64,000 nucleotides of DNA from a virus. The stretch covers positions 1-64,000 of IMG/VR virus record IMGVR_UViG_3300047508_000198, one strand, 5' to 3'. Below the pieces are notes generated by a model, which did not search any database, was not told the DNA's origin, and saw only the letters and a program-made list of their open reading frames with translations. The position numbers were made by a program, and so were the translations under genes. This document shows positions 7,904 through 16,307 of the stretch, piece after piece (within the stretch, counting starts at the first letter, position 1; every line of letters begins with the position of its first letter).

Positions 7904-10900
7904 CTAGTCGAACAGGTCCCCGTCGTCATCCGGGCCGCCCAGCCCGGCCGTCATCGCCATCACCGGGGCGGGCTCGCCGGAGAAGCTCGGGGCCGCCCGC
8001 GAGGCGGTCCTGGGCGCCATGGTCCGCGGGTACCGGGGCTGCGCCTGGCTGACCGCGGCGGCCTTGGTCACCTGGCCCAGCGTGCCGATCTCGCGCTCGA
8101 TGTCGTGCAGGCTCAGGGACGCGTCCCGCTCGATCATCGTGGCCAGCTCCAGCTCATCGCCGCGGACCAGGCCCGCGGTGACCCGCAGCTTGGCCAGCCG
8201 GATGGCGGCGAAGGTCCGGGCGCCGCGCTCGTCCTCGGGGGACTGCGGGCCGCTGAGCTGCTGCCGGGCCGCGATCGTCCACGGGAACGCCGTGCCGTCA
8301 TTGCCCGCGCCGCCGATGCCGGGGCCCTGCGCGGCCAGCGGGTTCGGGTTGACCCGCACGTCGGTCTCGATCCGGCGCTGCTCGATCGGCACGCCGCCGT
8401 CCTGGGACGGGTTGGTGCCCTGGACCGGCGCGGTGACGTCCTGCAGGTTGGTGGCCGGAGCGGTCGGGATCTCCACCCCGGGGGTGAGCGCCGTGGTGGT
8501 CGCCTCGGCCGGCACGGCGGTCATCGAGCCGGGCGTGGCGCCGGGACGGGCCGGGTCGTCCTCGGTGTGCCCGGGGCCGCGGGCCAGGCCGTTACCGCTG
8601 CCGGTGGGGGCGCCGCTGGCCAGGGCCTCCTCGGTCGTCTGGCTCGGCGGGGCCTGCGGCGGGTCGTCCACCGGCTGGGCCGGGTTGGCCAGGTCGGCCT
8701 GGCGCAGGATCTGGTCCAGCTCCTCGGTGACGCCCGCCAGCGAGGCGATGAAGCTGAGCCCGGCCGAGAGCTTCGCGTTCTCACGGCGCAGCTCGTCGAT
8801 AACGCGCTGCTGCGCGGTCACGGCCGCCGTCGCGGCAGTGCGCTGCTTGGTCATCTTCTTGCCTCCGGGGCGCTCGTCCTCGTCCTGATCCTTCCCGGGG
8901 GAGCCGCCGAAGCCGGGCTCTTCCTCCTCGGCCTCCTGCATCTCCTGGCCGCCCTCGGCGCCCTGCTCTTCGAGCTGCTCGCCCTCGGCCTGCTCCTCGG
9001 CGCCTTCCTCTTCCAGCTCCTCGCCTTCGAGCTGCGCCTCCTCGGGGTCCTCCTCGCCCGGCTCGGCCAGCTCCTCCTCGTCGCCCGTGGGCTCCAGCAT
9101 CCCCTGGCCGGGGGCGGTGGCATCGGGCTGCACGCCGGGCACCCCGTCGGGGGCGATCTGGTCCGGGTGGAACAGCTGCTCGTCGGCGTCCTCGCCGGAG
9201 CCAATCGGCTCCTGGGGGTTCATGCCGGGCTCGGCGCCGGGGATCAGCTGCTCCTCATCGGCCGGGCCCTCCGGGTACGGCGAGGTCTCCTTGCCCTCCT
9301 CCAGCTCCTGGCGCATCATCTTGGCGTGCTCGATGTCCGGGTCGCGGAAGATGTCCGGCGGCGCGACGAAGCCGCACACCGGGCAGCGCTGGCCCTTGAA
9401 GACGTCCTGGTCCCCGCACACCGGGCAGGCCTCCGGCCGCAGCGTGTCCACCGACGGCGGGACCCGCAGCGGCGGGTCCGCAGCGGTGTGCTGGAGCGAG
9501 GCGTGCATGGTCTGGCCTTCCATCTCGGGGTGGTACTTGCGGACGTGCTCTTCCCAGCGCTTCTGGTCGTTGATGCCCTTCTGGACCCGGCCGCCGCCGC
9601 CGAAGGCGTTCTTGACCGATGAGTCCTCGGCGTCGTTGACCCGGATCTGCCGCAGCCAGGTGGTCGCCTGCATGCGCTCGGGGGTGACCTTCTGGCCGGT
9701 CTCGGCGGAGACCTCATCCGCGGCGTCGAAGTACTTCTGCGCGATGTGGTTGTAGTAGTGCTGCTTGTCGATGGGGGCGCTGACGGCCTCCTTGTCGGTC
9801 AGCCGCTTGCCGGCCGCCACGCTCATCGCGTGCCGGTCGATGACGACCTGGCGGTTACCGGACTCGGTGTCCTCGTCGGTGTTGCCGCCGTGCTCGATCA
9901 GGTGGGCGAATGCCCGCGTCTTCGGCCCGTTCAGGACCTGGGAGTGGTGCTCGCCGGCCAGGATGCGCCGGGCCGGGTTGGTGTGCATGTCCATGATCGG
10001 GCCGTCGCCCGTGCTGTGGTTCAGGGCCCGGCCCTCGTGGAACGAGCGCGCAGCGTGGAACATGTTGGCCGGCCACTTGGTCCGCGGCGAATAGGCCGAC
10101 AGCAGCCCGGCACCCATCGCCGCGTCGCCGCCCGCGATGCCCTTGGCCACCAGGTGCGCGTCCGGGTACCAGTTCTTGCCCTGGGTCTTCTCGTCGTCGG
10201 TGGAGTCGTACCAGGCGGCCTTGATGTTGTCCTTGCTCACCGGGTTGGCCTGGAACCACGGGTGATCGGCCGCGTCCTTGTAGCGCGGGCCGGCCGCCTC
10301 GCGCCGGGTCAGCTCGCCGGGCAGCAGCGCGGTCTTCTGCTTGGCGAACTTCCCGGTCGCGATCAGCATGGAGTTCTGGCCCCGCGTCTCGGTGGTCATC
10401 GCGTGCCTCGCAGGTCCGCTGAACATCCGGGAGTGCGCCAGCCAGGCGGCCTCCTCGCCGTGCCGGTCGAAGGACCGGCCGGTAGCGGCGTGGCCGAAGG
10501 CGTCGTGCACGGCCCGGAACTTGTCGTTGGTCTCGTCGTCGAAGAACGTGTGCGGGCCGGTGGCGCGGGTGGACAGCACGGCCAGGTGCCGGTTCCTGGC
10601 CAGGTCCTGGGTCATCTCCAGGTGGTTGGCGTACGGGTCGTGGTCGACGGCCTCGACGTGCACGCCCATCGCGCCGGTCAGGTGGTCGTACTGGTGGTGC
10701 ACCTGACGGGCCATGTCGGCGAAGGCGGCGTGCGCGCCCGGGTCGTTCATCGGCAACGCGTGGTAGGCCTGCGCGAGGCGCCGGATCCGGCCGGGGTTCG
10801 TCTCGATGTGGCTGTACTGCTCGGCGTGCGGGTCCGGCAGGCCGATCTTGGCGGCGTAGGAGCGGGCCCCCTCCTGGGCGGCGCGCACCGGGCTGACGGC

Positions 10901-13900
10901 CGGGTCGCCCGGGTGATGCAGCCGGTCCTCGATGATGTCCAGCGCCGCGGTGCGCCCGTGACCCAGCCACCGGCCGCAGGCCACGTGGTGGCAGCCGGAC
11001 TGGCTGTACAGGTTGTCGGCGTCGGCCGCCTCCTGGCTCCAGCCGGCCGCCGCGGTGACCTCGATCCAGGGCGCGGTGCCGACGTGGACGCGGGCGCCCT
11101 GGCGGCGCTGCTTCCAGCGCTGGATCCGCTCGTTGCCGCCGTTGGTCCAGTGCTGGCTCTCCACGTGCTGGCGCATCCCCTGCGGGTCGTCGTGCCAGGC
11201 CTTCAGGTGCTTGCCCAGCTCGATGTCATCGAAGTGCTCCGGCACCCGGTCCTGGTCATCGCCGATGTGGATGGAGTCGTGCGAGAGGTCGCCGGTCGCC
11301 CGGTGGTAGACATCCATCCGCGGGCCGCCGTAGTGCTTGACGTACCAGCCCGAGCCCTTGCCGTTCGCCAGCGCGTGCTCGCGCTCGTAGTAGGGCGCGC
11401 CGCCCTCCTCGTCGGAGTCGAACTTGATGTGGCCCCGGCCGCCCGCGTACCGGCCCATCAGCTCCGAGCCCCGCCGGGTGTTCTCCTCGGACTGGCGGCT
11501 CTCCTCGGTGCCGCCCGGGTCCAGGACCTCCGCGCCGCCGCTCCAGATCTTGTCGGCCAGGGACCGGCCGAGGTCCTTGGACTGCTGGCGCCGGTCGATG
11601 TAGTCACGGGACCGCTCGGCCCGCAGCTGGGTCTCGTGCCCGCGCCAGCTCGGCCCCGGGGCGTGCCGCCCGGCGTTGTCGACGACATGGAAGTGGCCGG
11701 TCTCCGGGTGCTTGACCACCTCGTACGGGCCGTGCCACTCGTCCTCCGGGCTGTAGCCCTCCGGCTTGTGCACCCGGGCGTCCGGCCGGGCGACCCGCTC
11801 GGTGTCCTGCGGGTCGATGCGCGAGTGCGGGAAGGCAGGCGTGCGCTCCCTCGCCAGGTCAGTGAACCGCGGTTCCTCTTCGGTCCCGATCCGGTGCGCG
11901 TCCGGGCCCGCAGACTCCAGGTGATGCCACAGCTTGTAAGCCTGGTCCTCCCCGTAGGACCCGTCGTGCTCGGGGTTGCCGAAGTGGCCGTGCATCGGGT
12001 TGGCATCACGGCCGCTGGCGTCAACCACGTGGACCTGGCGGGTCTGCGGGTGCCGGATGACGTGGTAGGGCCCGTGGTAGCTCAGGCCGCGGTACCAGCT
12101 GTGCGGCTCCCGGGTCATCATGTTGTGCTCCAGCTCGGGCCCCACCGGGCTGCGGCCCGGCTGCGGCTCGGCCCAGACCTGGTGGCCCTCGGGGGCCTCG
12201 GCCCCGGTGATGGCCTGGCGGCGGACGCCGTGGCGCTCGCGCCAGCGCTCCTCCTCCGCGTCGTCTTCGTCCTTCAGGAACTGGTAGTGCGGGTGGTCCG
12301 GCCAGTGCTCGGTGTTGCCGCATTCCTCGGCGTGGCAGTACAGCGGGCGCACGTGCTCGCCCACCTGCATCGGGTGCGCCGAGCGCCAGGAGTTCTTCTC
12401 GGTGTCGGCGTACTCCAGGTCGGGCTCGACCGGGCCTGAGGGATGAACCCGGTAGACCCGCGACGGGTAGGCCTGATCCTCGTTCTCGCCAGGCCCCTGC
12501 CGCTGCTCGCGGCCCAGGTCGTGCGCCCGCCGGCTGGCCCCCGAGGAGTCCGCGCGCTCGCCCCAGCGGTGCGCCTCGGCCGGGTCGGTGGTGGCGTGCA
12601 CGTACGGGGCGGCGTGGATGTCGAAGTTGTTCGGGTCCTCCGCGGCCTGCTCGTGCGTCAGCATCTCGCCGGGGCGCAGGACCGAGCGGGTGCCATGGTA
12701 GAGCGGCTGACCCGTGCCGAAGTGGTGCTTACCGGAGTAGTCGGTGTCGGAGAAGCTGCGCCGCCGCGGGGCGCGCGGCGCCCGCGGGGCGAACGGGTTG
12801 CGGTGGCTGCACTGCTCGGAGATATGCGGCAGCTCCTTGCGGTCCTCGCCGAAGTAGCCCCACTCCATCAGCGAGTTGCCGGCGCTGCGGACGTGCTTGG
12901 CCGGGACCACCGTGCTCCAGATGTGCGCCCGGTCAGGGTGGTTGGGGCCCTTCCAGTTCCGCTCGCTGGTGTTGTTGACCGACCGGGCTTCCTGCTCGGC
13001 GTAGGACCGGTTCAGCGTCACCCAGTCACCGTGGTTGATCTCGCCCTTCTTGGCGTTGCGGCTCTCCGGGTTCTGCGCCGGGGCGGCCCGGTAGATGCGG
13101 ACCTTCTTCTCCGGGTTGCCGCGGGCCCGGCGGATGTCGTTCAGGTGCTTGTAGCCATGCTCCCCGCCGGAGTCGTCGTACTCGTGGATCCGCTCGTAGA
13201 TGTCCTTGGGCCAGTCCCCGCTGCCCATGTCGTGCAGCGGGTCGCCCTCCTCCATCGGCTGCATCTCCATCTGGTAGTCAGCCGGGTTGCCCGCCTCGTG
13301 CACGGACGCGAAGTGCTCCAGCAGGCCGAGCGGCGTAAAGGCGGGTTCACGCCGGGCCGCGGTCACCTGGTGCAGGTAGGGCTTGTCGAGCACGTGCGCC
13401 GTCGGGTCGGCCGGGTCCTCCACCAGGAAGCTGTTCTCGAAGAACGTCAGCCCGGCGCAGATCTCGTGGATGAGGCTCTCACGGACCTTGCCGTCGGCGC
13501 CGCGCTTGCGGAACTTCATGCCCTTCTTGCCGGGCATGTGCTGGCAGTACTCGGCCGGGCTGGTGGCCTTGTTGCCGCACGCCGAGCAGGTCGAGTACTC
13601 GCAGTCCACGCCCATCGAGGTGCGGTTGACCCGGCCCTCCAGGATGGCCTTCGCGAGCTTGGGGAAGCGCTGGGCGTCGATCTCGTGCAGCAGCTCGACC
13701 CAGGTGTCCGGGCTGCCGTCCGGGTTGCGGTCGTGGTGCATCGCCGCGGCGACGATGACGCCCCGGGCCCGGCGGTGGTTGGCGTTGTGGTGGTTGATGA
13801 AGGCCGGCTTGCCGAGGAAGGTCTTGTAGCCCTTCTCGATCTCCTCGGCCGGGAACGTGTCCCAGTTGTCGTTCGTCCGGCTGCTGATCGCCCTAGCCCG

Positions 13901-14035
13901 GACGTACAGGTACCCGGGCCGCGGGGTGTAGGCGAAGGAAACACGGTGCGCCGCTTTCCTCAACGCCCGCGCAGAGTTTCCCGCCGGTACGCGCCAGGCA
14001 TCGAGCACCTGCGCATTCGCGAACTTGCGAATCAC
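7904..14035 (-). CDS. Capsid maturation protease/scaffold polyprotein with inserted enzymatic modules (2043 aa)
   Basis: N-terminal cluster C-like protease (RAISSRTNDNWDTF...FINHHN...TSMGVDCEYSTCSACG...FFENSFLVEDPADP); internal Arr-like and other modules; acidic scaffold-like C-terminus; GGGAGG RBS. Confidence 0.8.
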   Translation of the reverse strand: MIRKFANAQVLDAWRVPAGNSARALRKAAHRVSFAYTPRPGYLYVRARAISSRTNDNWDTFPAEEIEKGYKTFLGKPAFINHHNANHRRARGVIVAAAMHHDRNPDGSPDTWVELLHEIDAQRFPKLAKAILEGRVNRTSMGVDCEYSTCSACGNKATSPAEYCQHMPGKKGMKFRKRGADGKVRESLIHEICAGLTFFENSFLVEDPADPTAHVLDKPYLHQVTAARREPAFTPLGLLEHFASVHEAGNPADYQMEMQPMEEGDPLHDMGSGDWPKDIYERIHEYDDSGGEHGYKHLNDIRRARGNPEKKVRIYRAAPAQNPESRNAKKGEINHGDWVTLNRSYAEQEARSVNNTSERNWKGPNHPDRAHIWSTVVPAKHVRSAGNSLMEWGYFGEDRKELPHISEQCSHRNPFAPRAPRAPRRRSFSDTDYSGKHHFGTGQPLYHGTRSVLRPGEMLTHEQAAEDPNNFDIHAAPYVHATTDPAEAHRWGERADSSGASRRAHDLGREQRQGPGENEDQAYPSRVYRVHPSGPVEPDLEYADTEKNSWRSAHPMQVGEHVRPLYCHAEECGNTEHWPDHPHYQFLKDEDDAEEERWRERHGVRRQAITGAEAPEGHQVWAEPQPGRSPVGPELEHNMMTREPHSWYRGLSYHGPYHVIRHPQTRQVHVVDASGRDANPMHGHFGNPEHDGSYGEDQAYKLWHHLESAGPDAHRIGTEEEPRFTDLARERTPAFPHSRIDPQDTERVARPDARVHKPEGYSPEDEWHGPYEVVKHPETGHFHVVDNAGRHAPGPSWRGHETQLRAERSRDYIDRRQQSKDLGRSLADKIWSGGAEVLDPGGTEESRQSEENTRRGSELMGRYAGGRGHIKFDSDEEGGAPYYEREHALANGKGSGWYVKHYGGPRMDVYHRATGDLSHDSIHIGDDQDRVPEHFDDIELGKHLKAWHDDPQGMRQHVESQHWTNGGNERIQRWKQRRQGARVHVGTAPWIEVTAAAGWSQEAADADNLYSQSGCHHVACGRWLGHGRTAALDIIEDRLHHPGDPAVSPVRAAQEGARSYAAKIGLPDPHAEQYSHIETNPGRIRRLAQAYHALPMNDPGAHAAFADMARQVHHQYDHLTGAMGVHVEAVDHDPYANHLEMTQDLARNRHLAVLSTRATGPHTFFDDETNDKFRAVHDAFGHAATGRSFDRHGEEAAWLAHSRMFSGPARHAMTTETRGQNSMLIATGKFAKQKTALLPGELTRREAAGPRYKDAADHPWFQANPVSKDNIKAAWYDSTDDEKTQGKNWYPDAHLVAKGIAGGDAAMGAGLLSAYSPRTKWPANMFHAARSFHEGRALNHSTGDGPIMDMHTNPARRILAGEHHSQVLNGPKTRAFAHLIEHGGNTDEDTESGNRQVVIDRHAMSVAAGKRLTDKEAVSAPIDKQHYYNHIAQKYFDAADEVSAETGQKVTPERMQATTWLRQIRVNDAEDSSVKNAFGGGGRVQKGINDQKRWEEHVRKYHPEMEGQTMHASLQHTAADPPLRVPPSVDTLRPEACPVCGDQDVFKGQRCPVCGFVAPPDIFRDPDIEHAKMMRQELEEGKETSPYPEGPADEEQLIPGAEPGMNPQEPIGSGEDADEQLFHPDQIAPDGVPGVQPDATAPGQGMLEPTGDEEELAEPGEEDPEEAQLEGEELEEEGAEEQAEGEQLEEQGAEGGQEMQEAEEEEPGFGGSPGKDQDEDERPGGKKMTKQRTAATAAVTAQQRVIDELRRENAKLSAGLSFIASLAGVTEELDQILRQADLANPAQPVDDPPQAPPSQTTEEALASGAPTGSGNGLARGPGHTEDDPARPGATPGSMTAVPAEATTTALTPGVEIPTAPATNLQDVTAPVQGTNPSQDGGVPIEQRRIETDVRVNPNPLAAQGPGIGGAGNDGTAFPWTIAARQQLSGPQSPEDERGARTFAAIRLAKLRVTAGLVRGDELELATMIERDASLSLHDIEREIGTLGQVTKAAAVSQAQPRYPRTMAPRTASRAAPSFSGEPAPVMAMTAGLGGPDDDGDLFD

Positions 14036-14305
14036 GGAGCACTACCTCCCGGCTGAACAGCGCCTGCCGCGCCTTCCCTCCTTCCCGGGGCGGTCCCGGG
14101 TCGGCAAAGGTCGCGCCGCGCCCGTCCGGGCCGCAACGATGGAAGTGCCGGATCTTGTGCCGCCAGGCACTATGGCCGGGCCAGGCGCAGCCGCACGGGA
14201 TGATCTCCGCGTCGCACCAGATACAATCCATCGCCTCTTACCCCTGAACCCGATCTCCGCTAGCCTGAGTCGGTTCGGCTCGACCCGACTATGGGGAGGA
14301 TTTTC

Positions 14306-14644
14306 ATGAAGGCCAGGATCTACGCGCTGATCGCCACGGTCGGCATCCTGCTCGGCTCGCTCGCACTCACCGCCGGGACGGCATCCGCCTCGGTGACCGA
14401 CCACAATCCGCAGCCCGTGCAGACCCGGTTCAGCGACGGCAACCCCCGCGCGGACCTGTTCGTCGTCCCCCGGCAGCGGGACCGGGACCGGCGCTTCTTC
14501 TGCACCCGCGAGGACCGGCGGCTGGAGTTCTGGCTGCTCCGCCAGCGGCACCTGGACCGCTTCCAGCGCGCCGAGCTGCGGTTCCTGGAGCGGATCTGCG
14601 ACGACGATTTCCTGTTCGTGTCGCCGTTCTCGTTCCCGCGGTAA
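14306..14644 (+). CDS. Small secreted protein
   Basis: GGAGGA RBS; signal peptide MKARIYALIATVGILLGSLALTAGTASA. Confidence 0.6.
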   Translation: MKARIYALIATVGILLGSLALTAGTASASVTDHNPQPVQTRFSDGNPRADLFVVPRQRDRDRRFFCTREDRRLEFWLLRQRHLDRFQRAELRFLERICDDDFLFVSPFSFPR

Positions 14645-14678
14645 CCCGCATCCGGCTGGCCGAGGGCCCGGCAGCGCC

Positions 14679-14870
14679 TCAGGGCGCGGCCGGGCTCTCG
14701 CCACGTGCGAACGCCATGACCTCGCCCTCGCGGAAGCGGCTGTGCCCGCCTGGTGTCCGGATCCGGGTGAGCTTGCCGGCCTGGGCCCACCGGGTCACGG
14801 TCTTCGGGTCGACCCGGAACAACGCAGCGACTTCACCGGGGGTCATGAGGCGCTCACTATTGCTGTCCAT
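14679..14870 (-). CDS. bldC: BldC-family MerR-like developmental regulator
   Basis: LMTPGEVAALFRVDPKTVTRWAQAGKLTRIRTPGGHSRFREGEV closely matches Streptomyces BldC. Confidence 0.85.
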   Translation of the reverse strand: MDSNSERLMTPGEVAALFRVDPKTVTRWAQAGKLTRIRTPGGHSRFREGEVMAFARGESPAAP

Positions 14871-14912
14871 GAAATATAGAGTGTCAAATACAGACAGAAC
14901 AGACAAGAGGGC

Positions 14913-15179
14913 TCAGCCGGGGATCTTCCACCCAACCGGCAGGATGTCCCGCAGGGTGTCGCGCACGATCTGCTGGTCATCGCCGGTCAGCATCAGGCCG
15001 TAGGCCTCGCAGACCTCCGCGGCCGACTGCTCCCGGCCGCCGCGCCAGGCCGCGCGAACGATCTCGGCCAGCATCGCCGGGAAGGCGGCGTCCAGCGGCG
15101 GCCCGTGCGACCAGGCGTCCCGCGCCGCCTGGCGCAGGACATCCATGGCCGCTTCCTCGAACTGCTGACGGCTCTTCAT
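14913..15179 (-). CDS. Hypothetical protein (88 aa)
   Basis: GGAAGG RBS; continues the operon. Confidence 0.5.
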   Translation of the reverse strand: MKSRQQFEEAAMDVLRQAARDAWSHGPPLDAAFPAMLAEIVRAAWRGGREQSAAEVCEAYGLMLTGDDQQIVRDTLRDILPVGWKIPG

Positions 15180-15366
15180 GGGCCTTCCGGGCGGGTCTTG
15201 TCCTGGACCGTCCAGATGGCGTCCATCAGCGCCCAGAATACCGGGCAGGAGTCGCTCGCCAGGTCCAGGCCGCCGACGCCGGGAGGGCCGGCGATGTAGT
15301 TGCGCCAGTGCCGCCAGCCCTCCCGCACGACGGTGATCCGGTAGCCCCGGTAGCCGAGCTTGAACT

Positions 15367-16017
15367 TCACGACGCCACGCCCTTGTGCGGGCCGGGGCCG
15401 ACGCGGTTGCGGATCGACTCCTCGTCGGTCAGCGCACGGCCGCACAGGGTGCACTTGCCGTAGATCTTCATCTCCGGGGTGATCTCCAGCTTGCGGCTGT
15501 ACTCGATGGCCTGCGCCTCGGTCATCCGCTCGTCCTCGCGCAGGTAGGCGACCATGCCGCTCGCGATGACCCACTCGCCCTTGTCCAGGTCGAGCCGCTT
15601 GGCGTACAGGTGGCCGGAGCCGTAGATGGCCCGGACGACCTTGTACATCCGGCCCTCGTGCAGGAAGAACCCGGCCTCGGCAGGACGGTCGGCCTCGGGC
15701 ACGCGCTGAACGCGGGCCGGGGCGGCCGGGCGGAGATCGCCGCTGGCGGGCATGCCACCAGCCTTGGCGGCCGGGCTGATCCCGGCAACCGCCGCGTTCT
15801 GGGACGCCCAGGCCCGCTGCTCGAACTCGTTTACCTGCGCGGCCACGGCCGGGTCGACCGGCTGGCGGGCCAGGTAGTCGCGCAGCGCCAGGGCGGACTT
15901 GGGGGTCATCGTCTCGGGGTGCGCCAGCTGGCGGGCGCTGACCCGGTGGATCCGGGTGCGGGCCAGGTAGGTGATCTCCCGGACCAGCGGGGTCATGTCG
16001 TCGGTGGTCATGGTCAT
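15367..16017 (-). CDS. DUF6011-like zinc-ribbon protein
   Basis: C-terminal GKCTLCGRALTDEESI...GP; own promoter upstream. Confidence 0.7.
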   Translation of the reverse strand: MTMTTDDMTPLVREITYLARTRIHRVSARQLAHPETMTPKSALALRDYLARQPVDPAVAAQVNEFEQRAWASQNAAVAGISPAAKAGGMPASGDLRPAAPARVQRVPEADRPAEAGFFLHEGRMYKVVRAIYGSGHLYAKRLDLDKGEWVIASGMVAYLREDERMTEAQAIEYSRKLEITPEMKIYGKCTLCGRALTDEESIRNRVGPGPHKGVAS

Positions 16018-16058
16018 CAGTGCCTCTGGATCTTCTCGTCGGTGCCTGGTACCATCCC

Positions 16059-16087
16059 ATCGTATCAAGGTTTATAGATAACTGCAA
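16059..16087 (-). promoter_or_regulatory. SigA-type promoter with operator in the spacer
   Basis: TTGCAG-17 nt (TTATCTATAAACCTTGA)-TACGAT on the minus strand. Confidence 0.7.
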
Positions 16088-16100
16088 AGGGCGGCAGCGC

Positions 16101-16307
16101 ATGACCTGCGAGCTGACTGAGGCAGAACTGATCATCCGGGCACGGTGCGGGGAGTGCTGGGCCGAGCCCGGCTGGCCCTGCGACCGGACGGTGTTCACCG
16201 GAGGGTGGATCACCGTCGGTAGGAGCCGGTTCCACCAGCTGCGGGTGGAGCGGGCCGACCGCAAGCTAGGCGGGCTGCTCGCCGCCGTACTGGGCGAACT
16301 GACTTAG
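16101..16307 (+). CDS. Small zinc-finger-like protein
   Basis: CGECWAEPGWPC...FH..R motif. Confidence 0.45.
   Translation: MTCELTEAELIIRARCGECWAEPGWPCDRTVFTGGWITVGRSRFHQLRVERADRKLGGLLAAVLGELT

Noticed and set aside
7028-8052. ORFs overlapping array 1, and likewise the many ORFs at 27181-29009 and 43084-45556
   Set aside because: A/R/P/G/W/C-rich translations open in several frames on both strands are a by-product of a stop-poor 5-nt repeat; no RBS and no codon periodicity
7904-14035. Inteins explaining the large protease, portal or polyproteins
   Set aside because: No Cys/Ser...His-Asn splice junctions or LAGLIDADG motifs recognised
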